64,000 nucleotides of DNA from positions 37,887 to 101,886 of IMG/VR virus record IMGVR_UViG_3300028374_000008, one strand, 5' to 3'. A program made the translations under genes and the position numbers. The notes under the pieces are model-generated. The model ran no database searches and was not told the DNA's origin. It saw only the letters and a list, made by a program, of their open reading frames with translations. This document shows, piece by piece, positions 59,772-64,000 of the stretch (position 1 is the stretch's first letter; each line of letters starts with the position of its first letter). The stretch is from a virus.

Positions 59772-60035
59772 CGTCAACGTCGCTGTGTGGTTTGACGACA
59801 CGCGCCGTACCGCTCAAGCAGTAGGGACACTCTCTCAAGTAGACGTCACCCTTACTGCTTATCCGCCCTACCTCAACGGGAGGTACACCCTAACACTAAA
59901 ATACGCGGACCAAGACGGACAGCAGCCGTAAGCAGTACAAAGAATTTGAGCACAAAGACGAGGCCCTGATGAACTTCCACGCTCTTGAAGCGCAATGTTT
60001 TTACAGGGGAGATTTAAACCCGACGGAGCACTTTA

Positions 60036-60302
60036 ATGCCAAGCAAATATGTTGAGCCCGAGCTCGCCATCGCCGCCGAAGGCCCGCGTGGGTGGGTGAA
60101 GGTATGGCACACCTACGCACACCACCGCTACGATGAACGCAACATGTATTGGTTTGCCGCAAACCCACATGAAAACGTCGACGAAGAGTTCGACATCCGA
60201 ATGTGGCCTGGCTACGACAACGTAAACGATGCACTAACAAACGTAGTCAACGCCGTGCTTCGTGGGGACATCACCCCGGAAGGGGCGTCATGGCGAAGCT
60301 GA
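60036..60302 (+). CDS. Hypothetical protein
   Basis: GGAG RBS, 88 aa. Confidence 0.7.
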   Translation: MPSKYVEPELAIAAEGPRGWVKVWHTYAHHRYDERNMYWFAANPHENVDEEFDIRMWPGYDNVNDALTNVVNAVLRGDITPEGASWRS

Positions 60303-60393
60303 TCACTCCAGCAATACTACGGCGCAGCTGCCAGCTTGAGACGCTGCGTACCAAGCCTTTATTGATGCCGCCTAGCACATGTGAGCTTAACCT

Positions 60394-60732
60394 ATGAAAA
60401 TCCTACAAAGTAGCACACCCGACTACTGGGAAGCATTCCATGACTTTGACCTGGTTCCTGTTGTGTTTGCCAGAATGTCGAACGTGTACGTGTCGCTCCG
60501 ACACCTCGACCCACAAGAAGGTGAAGCGCGCCCAACGCTCGTGACCATTGACGTACTGCAGTATCCGCCCACCACGGACATGGCTGTTCTATTCGATGAC
60601 ACAAAGCAGGCGCTGCCTACGCTGTGGGCAGTGCTTCGCTGTGTGCACGCTGCGCCTTGTGGTTTGCGTGACTACACCGAAGATGAGCTCTTGTCTGTGA
60701 TTGCACAGGCGCTGCGTCGGGCGAGGAGGTGA
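60394..60732 (+). CDS. Hypothetical protein
   Basis: 112 aa ORF in the plus-strand run. Confidence 0.6.
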   Translation: MKILQSSTPDYWEAFHDFDLVPVVFARMSNVYVSLRHLDPQEGEARPTLVTIDVLQYPPTTDMAVLFDDTKQALPTLWAVLRCVHAAPCGLRDYTEDELLSVIAQALRRARR

Positions 60733-61020
60733 GACGTGGAGTTTGTCCAAGATGAACCAACCCGGCTACTGGGTGATAAACAGCTTAGTACAAACGTGCG
60801 TCATGATGCCTTTTGAGTTTTTGTTTGGCGCCACGCAGGGCTGCGCCAGCGTACCCAGAAGGCAGTATCGCTGAACATCGACTTGTTTGCGGACCGGCTC
60901 TGACGATGCTTTCTACATCACCACAGACCACGCATGGCAAGCGCTGTGCGCTTCGTACACGCCTGACATTTCGCTCTACACATCCGAGGCGCTCATGTTT
61001 GCGAATATCGCATGCCGTGA

Positions 61021-61038
61021 GTGGTATAAGAAGGTGCA
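61021..61038 (+). promoter_or_regulatory. Repeated promoter-like motif, copy 1 (GTGGTATAAGAAGGTGCA)
   Basis: Extended -10-like TGGTATAAG; exact 18-mer repeated at 61661. Confidence 0.65.
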
Positions 61039-61082
61039 CCAACTAGTGTAACTATCACTATCACTATCACAAGGAGGATGCG

Positions 61083-61331
61083 ATGCACATCCTTGCAAAA
61101 AGCGCGTTTGAAGTCGTGCTTGGAACAGGTGTCTTCTTCGGGCTTTCAAAAGCCTGGGAGTCGACGGTTGGCAAATCCCAGATGGAAGAGCGCGTGAGCG
61201 CGCTCGAATTGCGAACGTCGGACCAAGAAGTCCGACTAAGTCAGGCCGAAGAGGCCATCCAAACTAATGCCGCCGCGGCAGCGAGCATATACAGCTCGCT
61301 GAACGCTTTGGATCCGGCCCTCGAACGCTAA
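61083..61331 (+). CDS. Small TM/coiled-coil protein
   Basis: AGGAGG RBS, 82 aa. Confidence 0.8.
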   Translation: MHILAKSAFEVVLGTGVFFGLSKAWESTVGKSQMEERVSALELRTSDQEVRLSQAEEAIQTNAAAAASIYSSLNALDPALER

Positions 61332-61371
61332 TCGCGCTCGCAGGGCCGGATCCAAAAGGAGGCTGTCTATC

Positions 61372-61412
61372 AAAGCCCTCTGGAACGTATGTTTCCAGGG
61401 GGCTTTTCTTTT
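61372..61412 (+). terminator. Intrinsic terminator
   Basis: AAAGCCCTCTGGAA...TTCCAGGGGGCTTTT followed by CTTTT. Confidence 0.7.
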
Positions 61413-61660
61413 GCTCTTACACAAATGGGGCGACGATGAGTAACGAACGAAAACCCATTCCACTTACGACGCAGGTGTTGGCTGCGCACTGGCTTAGGCG
61501 ACGGCACTGGGCCACGTATCCTTCGTGAGCGACTGGCAGAGCTTGAAGACGATACGCACGTCGCCAACACGGTGTCAGGTGTCATGGGGGTGTGTGTCGT
61601 GTGTGCTGTGGGTGGTGCTTTGGACCTGAGTGAAGGGCTTTAAAAACACAGGTGCTCTGG

Positions 61661-61678
61661 GTGGTATAAGAAGGTGCA
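61661..61678 (+). promoter_or_regulatory. Repeated promoter-like motif, copy 2
   Basis: Identical 18-mer upstream of the 61729 ORF. Confidence 0.65.
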
Positions 61679-61728
61679 ACGACATCGTGTAGCACTTCGC
61701 TACACGACACTTAACTCACGGAGCAACC

Positions 61729-62256
61729 ATGGACGAACTACTCAAAATTCGTTTCGAAGAAAAAGAAGACGCGCAAGCGCTGAATATTATTTGGCGTAAG
61801 AAAGTTCAGGCTATTTTGGCGCTCAAAGACGCGTCTGCCCTGATGAGGGCAGCACGCGCCGAGGCGGCTCTGTGGAAACACAGTGAACGCGCGAAGTTCC
61901 AGTGGCGACGCCACTGGGCGTTCAAAGACGCTGTATGTGCGCATATTGCGCGGATTAAGGAGGTTGAAAAAAGGACCAACGAGGTGGCCGCATCGTTGGC
62001 CTCAGAAACGACGTCGCTTGACGTAGATGCTGACAACGATGCGTACAAATTACGAAACGCCGTCGCCTCGCTCGAAAGCGAGGTGGCGTACGTCGTGGAA
62101 GCCGTCATCTGCGAGGACGTTTATGATGGCCGACTGTCGGCGGGCGCTAACCACGCGCTAGAACAAGCTCGCGACATTCTGTTTCCGCCAAAAAATGATG
62201 TAGAAAAGCTTGAGCGCAGAGTCGAGAGACTCGAGCGCAAGCAGCGCTCGCGCTAA
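61729..62256 (+). CDS. Coiled-coil hypothetical protein
   Basis: GGAG RBS, 175 aa. Confidence 0.8.
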   Translation: MDELLKIRFEEKEDAQALNIIWRKKVQAILALKDASALMRAARAEAALWKHSERAKFQWRRHWAFKDAVCAHIARIKEVEKRTNEVAASLASETTSLDVDADNDAYKLRNAVASLESEVAYVVEAVICEDVYDGRLSAGANHALEQARDILFPPKNDVEKLERRVERLERKQRSR

Positions 62257-62275
62257 TCGCGTCGGGGCGCACACA

Positions 62276-62314
62276 AAAGGAGGCTGTCTATCAAGGCAGT
62301 CTCCTTTCTTTTTT
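62276..62314 (+). terminator. Intrinsic terminator
   Basis: AAAGGAGGCTG-TCTATCAAGG-CAGTCTCCTTT followed by CTTTTTT. Confidence 0.7.
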
Positions 62315-63118
62315 GCTTGCACCTTTTCTTGCGCCACGAGGCACACAGACGATCAGCATCGAAGTACATCGTAGACGACACATGGGAAGCCAAAGAAACA
62401 GGCCAGCTTGCAATAATCGACAAGCGCTTCAAGCTTGAGCGCTCAAGCGGCGGCGAGCATCTGTGTGGCGCACGTCGCGGGCGTGAAGGGTGGCCTTCGC
62501 CCGGCGCAAAGAAGCCCAGCATACTTGAGGCTCAGGTGAGCCTAACCATGAACATCTACCTTAATGTTACGTTAAGGGCTGACCATCAGGCTTACCCTTG
62601 GACGAAGGCCAGCTGGCGACGTTGGGGCTGGCCGTGGACTACTACGCAGCTTCTCCAGCCTCTACACGGAGCCGCAAGTCGCCCAGGCAACACGTCCCAG
62701 CGCCATGCGAGCGAGCGTGCTTACCGAGCCAAGACGATTGATAGGAGAGACTTTTGAAAGCTGATGCCTGGAAGTCCTGCGTGAAAGTTGATGTCTGGAA
62801 GCACCCCGACACAGGAGAGCTGGCAGTGGGGTACGTTGATCTCGTGGACACAGCGTACATTTTAATCGGGACGTTTCTGGCGGACGATAGCGCCGTGGGG
62901 CTCTATTGCCTACACCTACGATTGCGCACGATAATCTGGCGTAGAGCGAAGGAAAGAGGCCGCACTCAGAGGCTCTCACGGAGGGGGCAAAAGAGGGCGC
63001 CACCGGACGACGGGTACGAAGCGTGCCAAGCCTTTGAAGATAGTGACCGGTAGTCAGTTCTGATCTACACTCAACAAGCTCGCGCGCGCGATACGGTTTT
63101 TGGCCGGAGTCGGAGAGG

Positions 63119-63549
63119 GTATTGGTTAAACGCCAATTATTATCGTACTAAACTCAATAGTTTTGCCAATAATTGGTCGATAATCAATAGTCCGAAAAGC
63201 GGGGTCTAAAAAGTAGCAAACATATTAGAGAGAGAAGGCTACGAGAAATCCTCAATAATCGATATTTCTAAATCTGGCATGCTCTTTGCTACGTACTACG
63301 TCTAATCTTCTTCTAAACAGGAAGTTTTTTTAACAGTGTTAATTATATATAGTATATGGAATATAGGGGAGTACAAAGGCAAGTACTGTGCCAAGTGTAG
63401 AAATATCGATTATTGAGGATTTCTCGTGGCCTTCTCTCTCTAATATGTTTGCTACTTTTTAGAAGTGCTTTTTCGGACTATTGATTATCGACCAATTATT
63501 GGCAAAATTATTAAGTTTAGTACGATATTTATTGGCCTTTAGCCAATAC
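63119..63549. repeat. Long AT-rich imperfect inverted repeat (arms of about 152 bp, 63119-63270 and 63398-63549); candidate replication origin
   Basis: Arms are near-perfect reverse complements, e.g. ACGAGAAATCCTCAATAATCGATATTTCTA / TAGAAATATCGATTATTGAGGATTTCTCGT; strongly AT-rich against a GC-rich genome. Confidence 0.9.
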
Positions 63550-63834
63550 GCTGTTCACCCCCTTGTGACCTCCATCGTTTTTGCATCGCTCAAGCAGCTC
63601 CCAAGCCCCGTAGGCCGCCAGAGGGACGGTAGAACACCCGCGCTATTTCGCCGGTCTCGCCGCTGCCGCTGGGCGTGGGTCAGTGGGTCTCATTGTTTGT
63701 GTCATTCCTACACAATGGTGTGACAATGTGTCGTACCTTTTGAGAGTGAGCATTGAGTGAGCATTGCATGGTGGGGAGGGTTAAGAGATGTGTAGGGACG
63801 TCTTTGAAGAGACGTGTAGGCTTCGTGACGTTGT

Positions 63835-64000
63835 TAAGACTTAGTGTGGGCGTCGAGTAGGCGCTGCACATTGATAAGACTTAGTGTGGGCGTCGAGTAG
63901 GCGCTGCACATTGATAAGACTTAGTGTGGGCGTCGAGTAGGCGCTGATAAGACTTAGTGTGGGCGTCGAGTAGGCGCTGATAAGACTTAGTGTGGGCGTC
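63835..64000. repeat. Tandem repeat TAAGACTTAGTGTGGGCGTCGAGTAGGCGCTG(CACATTG)A: two 40-bp units, two 33-bp units and a partial unit running off the window
   Basis: Directly visible. Confidence 0.92.

Noticed and set aside
63835-64000. CRISPR array
   Set aside because: Units are head-to-tail with no unique spacers in the visible part
1-64000. Genome-wide TAG stop-codon reassignment suggested by the CUA tRNA
   Set aside because: Polymerase, terminase, tape measure and baseplate genes are full length in the standard code

Overview
This window is part of a large, GC-rich, contractile-tailed (myovirus-like, probably jumbo) phage genome. In order it carries: a family-A DNA polymerase with an N-terminal UDG-like domain; a 1.25 kb non-coding block; a GpA-type large terminase; a MoxR-like AAA ATPase and a vWA/metallopeptidase partner; a retron-type reverse transcriptase (RT) flanked by two Cys-rich unknown genes; RuvC; spanin-like genes; a long minus-strand tail/baseplate/tape-measure module; about 20 kb of small plus-strand genes with tRNA and tRNA-like RNAs; and finally a long AT-rich inverted repeat plus tandem repeats. 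The main discovery is that the block between the polymerase operon and the terminase (3511-4755) is a tandem array of five retron-like msr-msd ncRNA units. Each unit has its own co-varying a2/a1 inverted repeat, a branch-point G, two msr hairpins (the second nearly invariant) and a different structured msd payload. One unit appears to share a single msr among four alternative msd cassettes. The only RT in the window is 7.4 kb away and has no adjacent msr-msd. This suggests a split, multiplexed phage retron-like system, in which one RT makes up to 8 different RT-DNAs. All calls come from reading the sequence; no searches or folding programs were run.
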